Source: Dehalococcoidia bacterium
GTDB taxonomy: Bacteria; Chloroflexota; Dehalococcoidia; Dehalococcoidales; RBG-16-60-22
Reading direction: 5' to 3'
Assembly: GCA_041300405.1 (NCBI GenBank)
Contig: JBGLNK010000001.1
Span: forward strand, 130,269 to 194,268
DNA length: 64,000 nt
A program made the position numbers and the translations under genes. Below the pieces are notes generated by a model that saw only the letters and a program-made list of their open reading frames with translations, was not told where the DNA came from and did no database searches. Below, piece by piece: positions 27,938-38,880 of the stretch (position 1 is the stretch's first letter; each line of letters starts with the position of its first letter).

Positions 27938-28107
27938 CCTAATACTGTTTTATATAGAATATTAATGCAACTAAATGCAATAACAATAAGTTGCGATAAA
28001 TCCCTGGGGAACATTGATTGAAGTTTTAAACTGCTGCATGTAACGGTCGCTTGTTATGTCTTTTTAAAATGCTAGCGTATAATTAATTTGTAAGGAAGTA
28101 TAGTTAC

Positions 28108-28953
28108 GTGAGAAAATCAGGTGTATTTATTGTCGCTATCTTAATATTGAGTTTAATAACTGGTATCTTTGTGGGCGGGTGCGCTGATGAAGATAACTCT
28201 AAATTCAAAGTAGTTACCAGCACCTCGTTGCTTGCTCAAATTGTCGAGCGCATTGGGGGAGATAAAGTCAGCGTGGTAAATATTATTCCTCCGGCGCAGT
28301 GTCCCGGACATTTTGACGTAACACCGGGTGATATCCAGAAGCTTGCCGACGCTGGTCTTTTTATCATTCATAACTGGCAGGGTGAGAAGTTCTCTACTGA
28401 ACTGATTGCCTCTGCCGATAATAAAAACCTGGTTACCGAAATAATCGAGATAGCGGGGAATTGGATGACTCCACCGGTACAAAGGGAAGCCGCCGATAAA
28501 ATTACTGAAATACTGTCGCGGCTGGATCCTGGTAATGCTGCGGCGTATAGTGCATCCGCTAACGAATACAAAACAACCGTAACGGCTAAAGAATCGGAAA
28601 TAAAAAGCATGCTGGCGGATAAGAATCTCACTGGAGTGAATGTCCTCTGTGACGAGCAGCAGGCTGGCTTTGTGAAGTGGATGGGGTTAATTATCGTTGC
28701 CACTTACGGCAGGCCGGAAACCTTCACTCCTCAGGTAATAAAAGACCTCGTAGACAAGGGGAAAAGCGGTAAAGTGAATCTGGTTATCGATAATATGCAG
28801 ACAGGCGGCGAATCCGGTAAGAGTCTGGCTGAACAGCTTGGTGTAAAACAGATTACGCTTTCTAACTTCCCGGGTGGTTATGAAAATACTGACACCTGGG
28901 AAAAAGCTATCGAAAAAAATGTTGATCTGATTCTGGCCGCTGCCGGAAAATAG
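28108..28953 (+). CDS. metal (Zn/Mn) ABC transporter substrate-binding lipoprotein, ZnuA/TroA-like
   Basis: Lipobox 'FVGGC'. 'VVTSTSLLAQIVERIGGDKVSVVNIIPPAQCPGHFDVTPGD'. Confidence 0.85.
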   Translation: MRKSGVFIVAILILSLITGIFVGGCADEDNSKFKVVTSTSLLAQIVERIGGDKVSVVNIIPPAQCPGHFDVTPGDIQKLADAGLFIIHNWQGEKFSTELIASADNKNLVTEIIEIAGNWMTPPVQREAADKITEILSRLDPGNAAAYSASANEYKTTVTAKESEIKSMLADKNLTGVNVLCDEQQAGFVKWMGLIIVATYGRPETFTPQVIKDLVDKGKSGKVNLVIDNMQTGGESGKSLAEQLGVKQITLSNFPGGYENTDTWEKAIEKNVDLILAAAGK

Positions 28954-28962
28954 AAGAAGAAG

Positions 28963-29760
28963 ATGGGGATGACAGAAGAGAGTTCGCATAAAATATCCAT
29001 CGATATCGAGAATGCAGTCGTCTCTTACCGTGAAGATGTTGCCCTGCGCGGTGTATCTTTAAAAGTAAGAAGCGGTGAATTTGTTGGCATTATCGGGCCC
29101 AATGGTGCGGGCAAAACTACGCTGCTTACCGTTGTGAATGGAATGGGAAGACTGGTTAACGGTCGCGTTAATGTGCTCGGTCACGCTTTGACTTCCGGCA
29201 ACGGTCACGCCCTAAGGAAGAAAGTTGGCTATGTAGCGCAGGCTCAGATAATCGACCCCCGGATGCCGATAAGCGTTCGTGAAGTAGCTATGATAGGACG
29301 CTGTGGTCGTCTTGGCTTGTTTCATAAGCCGGATAAGCGCGATTGGGAAATCGTGGATACAGCGCTGGATCTGGTAGGTATGACTCATCTTGCTCAACGG
29401 CCGATAGGGCATCTTTCCGGCGGCGAGCAGCAGCGGGTGGCTGTGGCGCGTTGCTTGGCCCAGGAACCGGAAATATTCCTGCTGGATGAACCGACCGCTT
29501 CACTGGATTGGAAGGCAAAGACTGATATACTGGAACTGGTGAAACGCATCCATGATGCCCGCAAATTAACTACCATGTTTGTTACCCATGATTTGAGTGC
29601 TTTACCCATTGCTTGCGACCGAGTAGTGCTGATGAAGGATGGATTCATCTATGATGAAGGCTCCTCCGCTGATTTATTGACTGATGATAAGCTGGCGCAG
29701 CTTTACGATATGCCCGTAGCCGAGGTGGCAAAAAGACGCGGGGAAGCTGCGTTGATTTAG
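28963..29760 (+). CDS. metal ABC transporter ATP-binding protein
   Basis: 'GPNGAGKTT', 'LSGGEQQR', 'FLLDEPT'. Confidence 0.9.
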   Translation: MGMTEESSHKISIDIENAVVSYREDVALRGVSLKVRSGEFVGIIGPNGAGKTTLLTVVNGMGRLVNGRVNVLGHALTSGNGHALRKKVGYVAQAQIIDPRMPISVREVAMIGRCGRLGLFHKPDKRDWEIVDTALDLVGMTHLAQRPIGHLSGGEQQRVAVARCLAQEPEIFLLDEPTASLDWKAKTDILELVKRIHDARKLTTMFVTHDLSALPIACDRVVLMKDGFIYDEGSSADLLTDDKLAQLYDMPVAEVAKRRGEAALI

Positions 29761-29779
29761 TACTGAAAGGTATCGGCTT

Positions 29780-30628
29780 ATGGATTTTTCAATTTTAACA
29801 TATCCGTTCATGCAGAACGCGCTTATATCCGGTCTCCTCGGCGGGATTGCCTGTGCTATTATCGGCGTCTTTGTCGTGCTGCTGCATATGCCTTTTATCG
29901 GCGTCTGTATGTCGCATGCCGCTTTCGCCGGGGCTTTGTTAGGGCTGTGGTTGGGTTTTAATCCCTTAATCGGGGCCTTCGCTTTCAGTTTGGGCGCGGC
30001 GGCTGTCGTCGGGCCGCTGGCCGACCGCGGCGAGCTCAACCCGGAGACTTCTGTCGGCATCATGTTTTCCCTGATGCTGGGGCTGGCTTTCCTTTTCATG
30101 GGATTGATGTCTGGCCCTAAGTCGCAGGCTTTAGAATTGTTATGGGGCAGCATTCTCACTAACACCCGGAGTGATATCGTTGTTTTAGCTGTAGTAGCTG
30201 TATTGGTGGTAGGTATTGTGATAATCTTCTTTAAAGAGATTCAGGCTGTTGTTTTTCAGCGTGACATGGCGCGTTCCGTCGGCATTCCGGCGGCAGTGAT
30301 ACTTTACGGTATCCTGTTTATGACTGGGGCTACGATAACGGCGTCATTCAGTTCCATTGGCGGTTTGCTCATTTTTAGCCTCATATTAAATCCGGCCGCC
30401 GCGGCCTACCAGCTTACTTATAACCTCAAGCGCATGTTTCTGATCGCGGCTGCTTTTGGCGTGCTATCGAGTTGGACAGGTTTATTATTTTCATATCTTT
30501 TTAACGTTCCCAGTGGCGCCACTATCGTCATCACTTCATCGCTCATTTTTATGCTGGCGGTGATCTTCTCTCCCAAGAGAAAGATGAAGCGCTGGCAGAA
30601 AAAATCGTTATTGGAAAAGGCATCATGA
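29780..30628 (+). CDS. metal ABC transporter permease (ZnuB-like)
   Basis: 282 aa, about 8 TM helices. 'FMQNALISGLLGGIACAIIGVFVVL' is a typical ZnuB start. Confidence 0.9.
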   Translation: MDFSILTYPFMQNALISGLLGGIACAIIGVFVVLLHMPFIGVCMSHAAFAGALLGLWLGFNPLIGAFAFSLGAAAVVGPLADRGELNPETSVGIMFSLMLGLAFLFMGLMSGPKSQALELLWGSILTNTRSDIVVLAVVAVLVVGIVIIFFKEIQAVVFQRDMARSVGIPAAVILYGILFMTGATITASFSSIGGLLIFSLILNPAAAAYQLTYNLKRMFLIAAAFGVLSSWTGLLFSYLFNVPSGATIVITSSLIFMLAVIFSPKRKMKRWQKKSLLEKAS

Positions 30629-31215
30629 GCAAAGAATATTTTAATTCAAGGGCTACCGACTGGGATGAAAAATCCACGGAACAAGATAAATCTCGGCTGG
30701 AAGCGATGGCGGCCCGCCTTGACATAAAAACCGGCGCGTCAGTGCTTGACGTCGGTACAGGAACCGGGGTATTTATCCCTTACTTATTAAACAAAATTGG
30801 GCGTGAAGGCAGTATCGTTTGTCTTGACTACGCGGAAGAAATGCTCAAGATAGCGTATGCCAAGGGATTCCAGGGTAATATCAGTTATATCTGTGAGGAC
30901 ATTGAGAACATCCGCCTGCCGGAAAAATCTTTTGACGCGGTTGTTTGTTATTCCGTTTTTCCCCATTTTAATGATAAGCAGAAAGCCTTGAGGAAGATTA
31001 GTCACCTCCTCAAGGGAAACAGGAAGATATTCATCTGTCATACATCGAGCCGTCAGGCTATTAACGATATTCACCGTACCTTGCCGGAAGTCTGCAATCA
31101 TCTGTTACCTAGAAACGAGGAAATGCGCCGGATGTTGATGGGGGCTGGATTTAAAGACATTAGCATTGCCGATGGTAAAGATGATTATCTGGTAAGCGCA
31201 AGGAAGCCCGGTTAA
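30625..31215 (+). CDS. class I SAM-dependent methyltransferase
   Basis: 'VLDVGTGTGVF' motif I. ATGA overlap with the permease stop. Confidence 0.85.
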   Translation: MSKEYFNSRATDWDEKSTEQDKSRLEAMAARLDIKTGASVLDVGTGTGVFIPYLLNKIGREGSIVCLDYAEEMLKIAYAKGFQGNISYICEDIENIRLPEKSFDAVVCYSVFPHFNDKQKALRKISHLLKGNRKIFICHTSSRQAINDIHRTLPEVCNHLLPRNEEMRRMLMGAGFKDISIADGKDDYLVSARKPG

Positions 31216-31359
31216 CTTTATTTTCCCTCGCTCAAGGCTCCTTTAATATTGGTCCTTTAAAAAGCAGGCCTCCTTAATATGGGTTTCGACTGCGTTGAGT
31301 CTGGTCGAACACCCGTCAGGGAGGCCTACTTATTTTTTCAGTTACCTTCGGTTTATATC

Positions 31360-32772
31360 CTATTTGGAAGGCATCGGGAAACCCTGCGCCTTAAGAGCTT
31401 TTTGCAGGGCTTTGTAATCTACCTTTCTCGGTTCGATTTTCGCTTTTACGGCTAAAGCTGCCGCGGTGCCGGCTGCCTGCCCTGTCGCGACGCAGTGCGG
31501 GATAAGGTTGGCCATATTATTGGCGAACGGGTCCGACGAGAAACTGCGGCCGGCGGTCAGAAATCCGTCTATTTCCTTTGGAACCAGCGCCCGGTAAGGG
31601 AAACATACCGGGACGGGTGCTTTACCCGGCTGCGGAGGCCCCATGCGGTGGAACATTACCACGGTGTCTTCATGAATTTTGGGGGCCGAGAGTTCTTCTT
31701 TGGTGATAAAATATTCACCTGTCAAACGCCGCCCGCCGCGTGTGCCGAGCTGTGAGGCTGTATCCAGTATCCAGGCTTTTTCATAACCAGGTAGATTAGC
31801 CTTGACGAATTTTAGCCAGATGCGCATCGCTTTCCTCATGTTGATTTCAACCCAGGTCAGGTCATCGACATTGGAAGTGCTGCGGTTTTGAATCCAGTTG
31901 TTGACCCAGATAACATCGGGGCGGGGTGTCGCTTGCGGGACGAGATGATAAGGATTCATGATGCCGGGTTTTAATGCCGCCTGGAATTCCTCATTCCAGA
32001 TGCCGTCCATTTTCTCTTTTAATACCTTGTGTTGTTCGGGATTCTCCATGCGCCATGTGGTGAATTTCACGACATCGACGTTGGCTACGCGGAAAACCAG
32101 CGCCAGCGCCGAACTGCGGAGACCATCTCCCTTGGATTCGTCGAAAGCCGCGCCTGCGGATGGGAACAGGTCGCCGTCGCCGGTGGTATCGATTACTACT
32201 TTACCTAATATCGCTTGGCGGCCTGACTTGCTCTCGAACATAATGCCCTTGACCTTGTTCTTATCTACGATAGCGCGTGCAGCCCAGGAATGCAGCAGCA
32301 ATTTGACCCCTGCCTCTTCGATCAGGTCGTTCAATACGCACTTGAGCATTTCCTGGTCGAAGTAAACTGAATATCTCATTTCGCCGGCTATCATACCGAA
32401 GGTGCGCAGCGCCCAATCCTTGATAATTTGCGGATCTTTGGAGCCTATTTCCTCTTTTTTCGGGTGCATGCATCCGTCCAGTGGTTCGCACCTGTCTACC
32501 CATTCCTGACAAACGCCCAGTAATTTCCAGGGCTCGATTCCTGCGAACACCTGTGGCACCATTAATACCTGTCCGCCGGTAGCCATACCGCCCAGGTGGC
32601 CGTATCTTTCTACCAGTATTGTTTTAGCTCCGCTCCGGGCTGCCGATAAAGCGGCGCCTATACCCCCGGGGCCGCCCCCTACCACTACTACATCGGCTTC
32701 ATGGTACACTCTTACATCCTGCGCTGATTCCTGGATTGTCCTTACTCCCATTATTAACATCTCCTTCTGCAT
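31360..32772 (-). CDS. FAD-dependent oxidoreductase (FAD_oxidored/PF12831-like); start possibly Met8 at 32751
   Basis: 'DVVVVGGGPGGIGAALSAARSGAKTILVERYGHLGGMATGG'. Confidence 0.85.
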   Translation of the reverse strand: MQKEMLIMGVRTIQESAQDVRVYHEADVVVVGGGPGGIGAALSAARSGAKTILVERYGHLGGMATGGQVLMVPQVFAGIEPWKLLGVCQEWVDRCEPLDGCMHPKKEEIGSKDPQIIKDWALRTFGMIAGEMRYSVYFDQEMLKCVLNDLIEEAGVKLLLHSWAARAIVDKNKVKGIMFESKSGRQAILGKVVIDTTGDGDLFPSAGAAFDESKGDGLRSSALALVFRVANVDVVKFTTWRMENPEQHKVLKEKMDGIWNEEFQAALKPGIMNPYHLVPQATPRPDVIWVNNWIQNRSTSNVDDLTWVEINMRKAMRIWLKFVKANLPGYEKAWILDTASQLGTRGGRRLTGEYFITKEELSAPKIHEDTVVMFHRMGPPQPGKAPVPVCFPYRALVPKEIDGFLTAGRSFSSDPFANNMANLIPHCVATGQAAGTAAALAVKAKIEPRKVDYKALQKALKAQGFPMPSK

Positions 32773-33084
32773 TTTTTGTGCAGGAAATATTTATGTGGGT
32801 ATTATATCCTATATATAGCTCTTTTCTCAACTAAAAATGAAACGGTTTTTTAAAATTTGTCCTCAAGCAGGTTGCCGCAGACGCCAAAGCAAAATTGGAA
32901 ACTGCCGGCGCCGCTGTCAAGCTCATCTCGGGAACCTTTTCTGGCGGACACTCAGCAATGATCCCGGAAATTGTCAAAAGTATTATGAACGATACTGAAT
33001 TTCCGGTACGCTTGGAAGATGTCAGAGAAGTAGTCAAGGCGCAAGAAGAAATATGCCTGCAGATTGAAGAAGCAAGGAAAGTAA

Positions 33085-35214
33085 ATGAACTTGAAAGGGT
33101 TTCTTAAATTACTGAGCTCTAAAAGTGAGTTCTTGCTATTAGCCGTCATAATACTGCTTGCCTTCATCTTAAGAATGCTTTGGCTCAACACATCGATTGA
33201 AGGCGATGAAGGCTATTTTGCCTACACAGCTTGGCTCTGGGATCAAGGGAAAATATTATATGTTGATATTTTTGCTGAAAAAGGTCCCTTGCTTTATCTG
33301 TTGCATTTGCTGCCGATTCATTTCTTTGGCAATAGTATTATTCCTATCAGGATAGAGAATAATATCCTGTTCCTGGTTTCTATATTTGTTTTATACCTAA
33401 TTGCCAGGGATTGGAGTGGCAAAAAGGCCGGCTTAATTGCTGCTTTATTTTATAGTTTATTCATGAATGCCCCGTTTTATGGCGCCCACCAGGCAATGGC
33501 TGAGTCATTCTCAATACCTTTTGTTATATTTTCTGTGTATATTGGAAATAGGTATTTGAAAAACGGCAACAGAATCTTGTTGCTGATCGCGGCTATATTT
33601 ATGTCTGCCGCTTTATTAATCAGGCAGAATCAAGGTATAGGAATATTATTGCTTGTGATTATAATTGCCATCGCTAGATACCGATTGTATAAAGAAAACC
33701 ATCAAACAAAATGGTCTTTTGCAGGCCATACAACTGCTGACTTGTTAATTCTAACTGTGGGTATCATTCTCCCGATTTCAGCATTCCTTGTTTATTTTTG
33801 GAGCCATGGTGCAATCAGCGAGTTGGTAAAACAGACTGTTCTAAATTTCCTGCCTGGAAGTGCGTATTTCGCGAAAGCTAATGTTAATTATGGTATCAAG
33901 TTTCTGGACGTTGCTCAAGGATTACCATTATGGTTATTTGCCTTTTTAGGTCTCATAGCATGTATCTTGAAGCAAAAAAACTATAGATGGAGGGCTATTA
34001 TACCCTTTTCTTGGTTTCTTTTATTTTTAATGGTGGCCGGTATCCCACCCAATTACGGCCATCATTTCTCTATAGTGATCGCACCGGCGGCTATTTGTGT
34101 CGGTATTAGTCTGGGGTTGGTGTTAGATAATATAAAAAGTAAATCTATTACGTCTTTGTTTTCTGAATACGAAAAAAATATTACAAATATATTCCTTATT
34201 ATTTTACTGTTATTCTCATTCATTCCCGCGATATTCTTCTCCGTCAAACAATACCCAAACTCAAACATAAACTGGGAATTCGTATCTTGGGTTTGTACGG
34301 GAAATGTACAGATAGTAGATTACAAACAGCAGTTGGAAATTGCAGAATATTTGAATAAAAATACAATAGAAGAAGATAACATCCTTATTCATGCCTGGGG
34401 AGGGGCAACTATCTACTGGCTGACCGGACATGAAGCACCAAGTAAACACACCTTTTTACGTCCACCCTTCACTCCGAAGGTTCCATTGCAGGAGGTTGAT
34501 AGGGTTTTAAAAATGATTAGTGAACGAAACTTTAAATCAATACTTTTGTTCGCACAAAATATTACTAAACTTGATTCTACAGATCCTATTGTCAAACTTA
34601 CATTAAATAAATACTACTATATTCAAAATATCGGAAATGCTTATGTATATGAAAAATATAGTCTGGAAGGGGAGTATGCATACTATAGCTTTATTGAGGA
34701 ATATCCTGATGCAATAAAGGAATATGACTTACCAGACGGAAACAAAGGAAATACGATTGAAGCTTTTAAAAACGAGGCTATTTTAATACCGGTAGTTTCA
34801 TCTCTAACCGTTAATAGTGATAACAGGCCCACGCTTTTTCAACACCCTCTCGCTCCTCAGGGAACATTTACTCGAAATTCGTATGTTAACTATACTAGTG
34901 TTATTGTACCTGAAAAAGCAAGCATTAAGTTCGCTATATCTACAACTCCTTCTACGTGGACAAATGCTGGAGATGGTGTACAATTTAAGATTATTATAAA
35001 AGACAACGAAATAAATAGTGAAGTATTTTCAAAATATATTGATCCAAAACATAATATTGAAGACAGAAAATGGCATGAATACGAAATAGATCTGGCAAAT
35101 TACGTTAACAAAACGATAGATATAGCTTTCGTAACAAACCCTGGCCTGAACAATAACTCATCGAGTGATTGGGCGCATTGGGGCAGTCCGACAATAGTTG
35201 TTTCTGTGAAATAA
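33085..35214 (+). CDS. GT-C fold membrane glycosyltransferase (family 39/83-like, PMT/ArnT type) with C-terminal extracytoplasmic domain
   Basis: First loop 'IEGDEGYFAYTAWLW' carries the DE motif of GT39/GT83. About 11 TM helices, then a soluble tail of about 300 aa. Confidence 0.7.
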   Translation: MNLKGFLKLLSSKSEFLLLAVIILLAFILRMLWLNTSIEGDEGYFAYTAWLWDQGKILYVDIFAEKGPLLYLLHLLPIHFFGNSIIPIRIENNILFLVSIFVLYLIARDWSGKKAGLIAALFYSLFMNAPFYGAHQAMAESFSIPFVIFSVYIGNRYLKNGNRILLLIAAIFMSAALLIRQNQGIGILLLVIIIAIARYRLYKENHQTKWSFAGHTTADLLILTVGIILPISAFLVYFWSHGAISELVKQTVLNFLPGSAYFAKANVNYGIKFLDVAQGLPLWLFAFLGLIACILKQKNYRWRAIIPFSWFLLFLMVAGIPPNYGHHFSIVIAPAAICVGISLGLVLDNIKSKSITSLFSEYEKNITNIFLIILLLFSFIPAIFFSVKQYPNSNINWEFVSWVCTGNVQIVDYKQQLEIAEYLNKNTIEEDNILIHAWGGATIYWLTGHEAPSKHTFLRPPFTPKVPLQEVDRVLKMISERNFKSILLFAQNITKLDSTDPIVKLTLNKYYYIQNIGNAYVYEKYSLEGEYAYYSFIEEYPDAIKEYDLPDGNKGNTIEAFKNEAILIPVVSSLTVNSDNRPTLFQHPLAPQGTFTRNSYVNYTSVIVPEKASIKFAISTTPSTWTNAGDGVQFKIIIKDNEINSEVFSKYIDPKHNIEDRKWHEYEIDLANYVNKTIDIAFVTNPGLNNNSSSDWAHWGSPTIVVSVK

Positions 35215-35220
35215 TAAGCT

Positions 35221-36036
35221 ATGAAAAATACAGATATAACCCAAAAAGAAGTAGAAAAGCACCTGGGTCAAAAACTGGCAGCAGATTCCAGTACTGAGAG
35301 TTTTAGAGAAGCATATGATGAGTTTCATACCTATCTTTTACATCAAGGTATAAGAGGCCAGAATCCCTCCGGATTCCTTTATAAAGAGAAATTATCAATC
35401 CTGGATAAAATACTGATGAAAAACATCGGGAGAAGTAAAAAGGTACTTGATATTGGTTGTGGCGATGGTACTTTAGCAATAGCTTGTGCCGGTACAGGGA
35501 ATGAAGTCGTAGGCCTGGATGTATCTGAAGTCGCTATAGCGCAAGCGAAATCAAATAAAAGTGAAAGTATTAAAGCAAGTTTCCTTCTCGCTGATGCTAG
35601 AGACATGCAGGGGTTTCAAAACGAATCGTTCGATATAGCAGTTAGTAAAGACGTTATCGAACATTTACCCGAAAAAGACTTGAAGCCTCATCTGATGGAA
35701 GTATATCGTGTTTTAAAACAGAATGGACGCTATCTCCTCTTTACCCCCTCGAAAGTTCTTGGAGATCTATCACTGGGGGCTCACCTTAAAATGTATGGCT
35801 TACAAGACCTGATTCCAACTCTGAGACAGATTAATTTTACAGTCAGTGTGATTTGCCCTTTCCCCGAGGTATTGGGGGTTTCTGGTAAGATAACTAACAG
35901 ATGGTTAGTTGAAAGCATTGTCAGATATGAAAAAATGCTGGGGAGAATCGGAGTTGGTGGTTGTCTGGCGAAGTTGGGCAATCTGAGCTATGGGATTATT
36001 CCAATGGTACTATTAAGTGCCGTTAAAAAACCTTGA
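35221..36036 (+). CDS. class I SAM-dependent methyltransferase
   Basis: 'VLDIGCGDGTLA' motif I, 'DIAVSKDVIEHL'. Confidence 0.85.
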   Translation: MKNTDITQKEVEKHLGQKLAADSSTESFREAYDEFHTYLLHQGIRGQNPSGFLYKEKLSILDKILMKNIGRSKKVLDIGCGDGTLAIACAGTGNEVVGLDVSEVAIAQAKSNKSESIKASFLLADARDMQGFQNESFDIAVSKDVIEHLPEKDLKPHLMEVYRVLKQNGRYLLFTPSKVLGDLSLGAHLKMYGLQDLIPTLRQINFTVSVICPFPEVLGVSGKITNRWLVESIVRYEKMLGRIGVGGCLAKLGNLSYGIIPMVLLSAVKKP

Positions 36037-36044
36037 TATCCCGG

Positions 36045-37259
36045 TTATTTATTCCGGTAAACGTCCTCCAGCACTGCCAGCAATTTTTCCCAGTTGAAAT
36101 TTGTCCTTATCATCTTCCTGGCATTGGCGCCTATTTCGTTCCTTAAACGCTCATCTTTCAACAGGCGGATGATGCCGTCGGCAAAGCCTTGGGTATCTCC
36201 CGGCTCTACAAGAATACCGGATTTTCCATCCTCGATGTATTCTGCTATTTGTCCCACTTTGTTAGCGATAACACATATGCCAAGGTTCATCATTTCCACC
36301 AGCTTGCCCGGGCATTTAGTGCGGTTCAACAGATTATCATCGAAGGGATATATCGCGACATCAGAAACCCTCAAGTATTCATGTACTTTATCCGCGTCTA
36401 TCCACCCGGTAAAGGTAACCATATCGGGAATTCCCATCTCTTTAACCAGGTTTAATAGGTCGTTCTCTTCCCCGAATTTGCCCTTTCCCACCACCAGCAG
36501 TCTTGTATCAGGTACTTCCTTTTGTAAAATTTGTAATATATCCGCGACCTGTTTTACCCCAAATTCAAAGAACCTGGTATAGAGCAGTACCACCGGCTTG
36601 CCGGAAATGCTCAGTTTTTCTTTCAATATTGCAGCCTGGGATTCCGTTACAGGCGGAGGCTCTAATCCGTATGTACCATTCGGCAAATAGTAAATCCTGG
36701 ACGATGGAACTCCCATTTCTGATATTAAAGACTGCAATGTCCTGCTGGCTGCTGTTACCGCATCGACATGCTTTGGCACCCAATTGTTCTGAAACCGGTA
36801 GAATTCAAGCTGATAGCGGGGATAAAGACGCCGGGAGAGAAATTGGGTATAAAAACCTCCCTCGCCTTCCCAATCATCTGTATCGAGGATAATAACAGCT
36901 TTAAAAAGGCCAAGACGGCGGAGCATGAGTAAAAACATACCGCTGAGGCCGCCGTATCCCGTTGGTTTGAACAAATGCACAACATCCGGGTGGGCAGAGA
37001 TAACTTTCTTTACCAGCCTCCATGCTGATAGCAGCTGTTTTAAAGGTGAAGAGACAGATGGAATCTTGATATTAATAATGTTAACACTATCTGCCCTGTA
37101 TTCCCGGCCTGATTCTGAAAGATTATCATAAGGAGGAAGGATAATACTAACCTCGTGTCCACGGGAATATAGCCACCTGGCAATCGGCATTATTCTAACA
37201 TGGACGGTACCCTGAGGGTAAAAAGCAAAAGGAGCGATTAAAACGAATCTAAACATCAA
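36045..37259 (-). CDS. glycosyltransferase (GT-B, family 4/1-like)
   Basis: 404 aa. 'LLVVGKGKFGEE...VTFTGWI...VAIYPF' and 'IANKVGQIAEYIEDGKSGILV'. Confidence 0.8.
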   Translation of the reverse strand: MMFRFVLIAPFAFYPQGTVHVRIMPIARWLYSRGHEVSIILPPYDNLSESGREYRADSVNIINIKIPSVSSPLKQLLSAWRLVKKVISAHPDVVHLFKPTGYGGLSGMFLLMLRRLGLFKAVIILDTDDWEGEGGFYTQFLSRRLYPRYQLEFYRFQNNWVPKHVDAVTAASRTLQSLISEMGVPSSRIYYLPNGTYGLEPPPVTESQAAILKEKLSISGKPVVLLYTRFFEFGVKQVADILQILQKEVPDTRLLVVGKGKFGEENDLLNLVKEMGIPDMVTFTGWIDADKVHEYLRVSDVAIYPFDDNLLNRTKCPGKLVEMMNLGICVIANKVGQIAEYIEDGKSGILVEPGDTQGFADGIIRLLKDERLRNEIGANARKMIRTNFNWEKLLAVLEDVYRNK

Positions 37260-37362
37260 CGTAATTTATTTAGTATCAACTTACTCAATAAAAATATTCA
37301 AATCATGGAAGGTAGCGTAATTAGCGCCAAAAGTATAATATATGGTATTATTATAACACATT

Positions 37363-38880
37363 ATGGCACAATTATCTTTAATTGAATCTAGCGTTACAAA
37401 TCATGACGGGGTTGCCAGAAGCAGCCTGCTGCTTATTGTCGCCTTATTTGTAACCAACCTACTTAATTACGCGTTTAATGTAGGGGCTGGATGGCTATTG
37501 AGTGTCGAAGATTATGGTATATTCGGTGTTTCCATGACTATATTCCTTGTGCTCAGCATTTTTATTCAATCTGGGTTTCCTCAGGCTGCTGCAAAATTCC
37601 TGGCTGAACCTGGTGCTGACCGGGCAAAGATACTCAGGACTTCATTTTTAGGTAACCTGGTAATAGGATTGATTATTGGTACAATCTTCTGGCTGATTAT
37701 ATCACTCTCAGGTGGTCTTGGAACTGGCTATGCTTATATCGTTCCGGTAATAATCATTACCGTTGTTTTATCATCTCCTGGAAGAGTTGCAGTTTCTGCG
37801 TTGCAGGGGCTTTTTAACTTTAAGCAAGTAGCCTTGTTGAATATCTTGCAGGCGGCATTAAGACTAATATTTGGCATTATTCTGGTCTTATTGGGGTATA
37901 GAGCACTTGGGGCAATATCCGGTTTTTCTTTAGGGATTATTGTATCTACCCTGATATCAATTGTTGCCGTCAGGAATATTCGCTTTTGGAAAAAAAGCTA
38001 TATTTGCCCGGAAATATTAAAATACGCTGTGCCTGCATTGTTTGGTACTGTTGGCTTGAATTTACTGATGACCGTAGATCTACTGGCTATAAAATTCCTG
38101 ATGACATCTGACCAGATGGTTGGATATTACCAGTCCGCTATAACCCTTGCCCGGCTGCCTGTATGGATAACCCTGGGGATGATGTCAGCCGTATTTTCAT
38201 TTATTTCCAGGCATATCAAGGATGATAATTCAAAAAAGTATATTTCTATATCCCTTGATTATTCACTCCTTTTCCTTATCCCGATTTCATTACTATTCAT
38301 AATAATACCCGGACCGTTGCTGACCCTCTTTTTCCCCGTAAATTATTTGCCGGGCAGCAGTGTTTTAGCTATTGTTTCAGCAGGCATGGGATTTCTTGTA
38401 GTTATTAATGTGCTGGGGCAAAGCCTCCAGGCCATGGGAAATCCACGCCTGCCAGCTGTTATACTTGCCGGCGTTGCAATTGTGCAGATACTTCTATTGT
38501 GGCTCCTGATACCTGAATATGGTATCGAGGGAGCAGCTTCCGCCACTACGGTTTCTTGCTTCCTTTGTTTTATTCTGATGATATTAGCTGCGAGGCGCTA
38601 TGGAATAAAAGTTAAATGCAGCATAAGACTATGTGTATGTTATGCCTTAATGGGAATTATACTTTACTTCATGCCTCATGCAGACAGAGGATTGACTGTG
38701 TTTTCTGTGCTTGTAGCCGGAATTGTATATTTGTTAAGCCTTTTTGTATTGGGAGTGCTGACCCGTGAACACGTAGAGATTATAATATCCGGAATGTTCA
38801 AAAAGGAAAACAGAGTTACTTTAGCTATACTTAAACTCATAGACCGCGGAAATATATTTAATAAAAAAACCGATGACTAA
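37363..38880 (+). CDS. oligosaccharide/polysaccharide flippase (MOP/Wzx-like)
   Basis: 505 aa, about 14 TM helices. 'NLLNYAFNVGAGWLLSVEDYG'. Confidence 0.8.
   Translation: MAQLSLIESSVTNHDGVARSSLLLIVALFVTNLLNYAFNVGAGWLLSVEDYGIFGVSMTIFLVLSIFIQSGFPQAAAKFLAEPGADRAKILRTSFLGNLVIGLIIGTIFWLIISLSGGLGTGYAYIVPVIIITVVLSSPGRVAVSALQGLFNFKQVALLNILQAALRLIFGIILVLLGYRALGAISGFSLGIIVSTLISIVAVRNIRFWKKSYICPEILKYAVPALFGTVGLNLLMTVDLLAIKFLMTSDQMVGYYQSAITLARLPVWITLGMMSAVFSFISRHIKDDNSKKYISISLDYSLLFLIPISLLFIIIPGPLLTLFFPVNYLPGSSVLAIVSAGMGFLVVINVLGQSLQAMGNPRLPAVILAGVAIVQILLLWLLIPEYGIEGAASATTVSCFLCFILMILAARRYGIKVKCSIRLCVCYALMGIILYFMPHADRGLTVFSVLVAGIVYLLSLFVLGVLTREHVEIIISGMFKKENRVTLAILKLIDRGNIFNKKTDD

Noticed and set aside
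32841-32960. Open frame reading 'FVLKQVAADAKAKLETAGAAVKLISG', reminiscent of a ribosomal protein L15 C-terminus; possible truncated-gene scar at the left edge of island 2
   Set aside because: Only about 25 residues of vague similarity. The frame has no start, and L15 belongs in the spc operon. I cannot distinguish this from chance without a search. TBLASTN/HMM of 32841-33107 would settle it.
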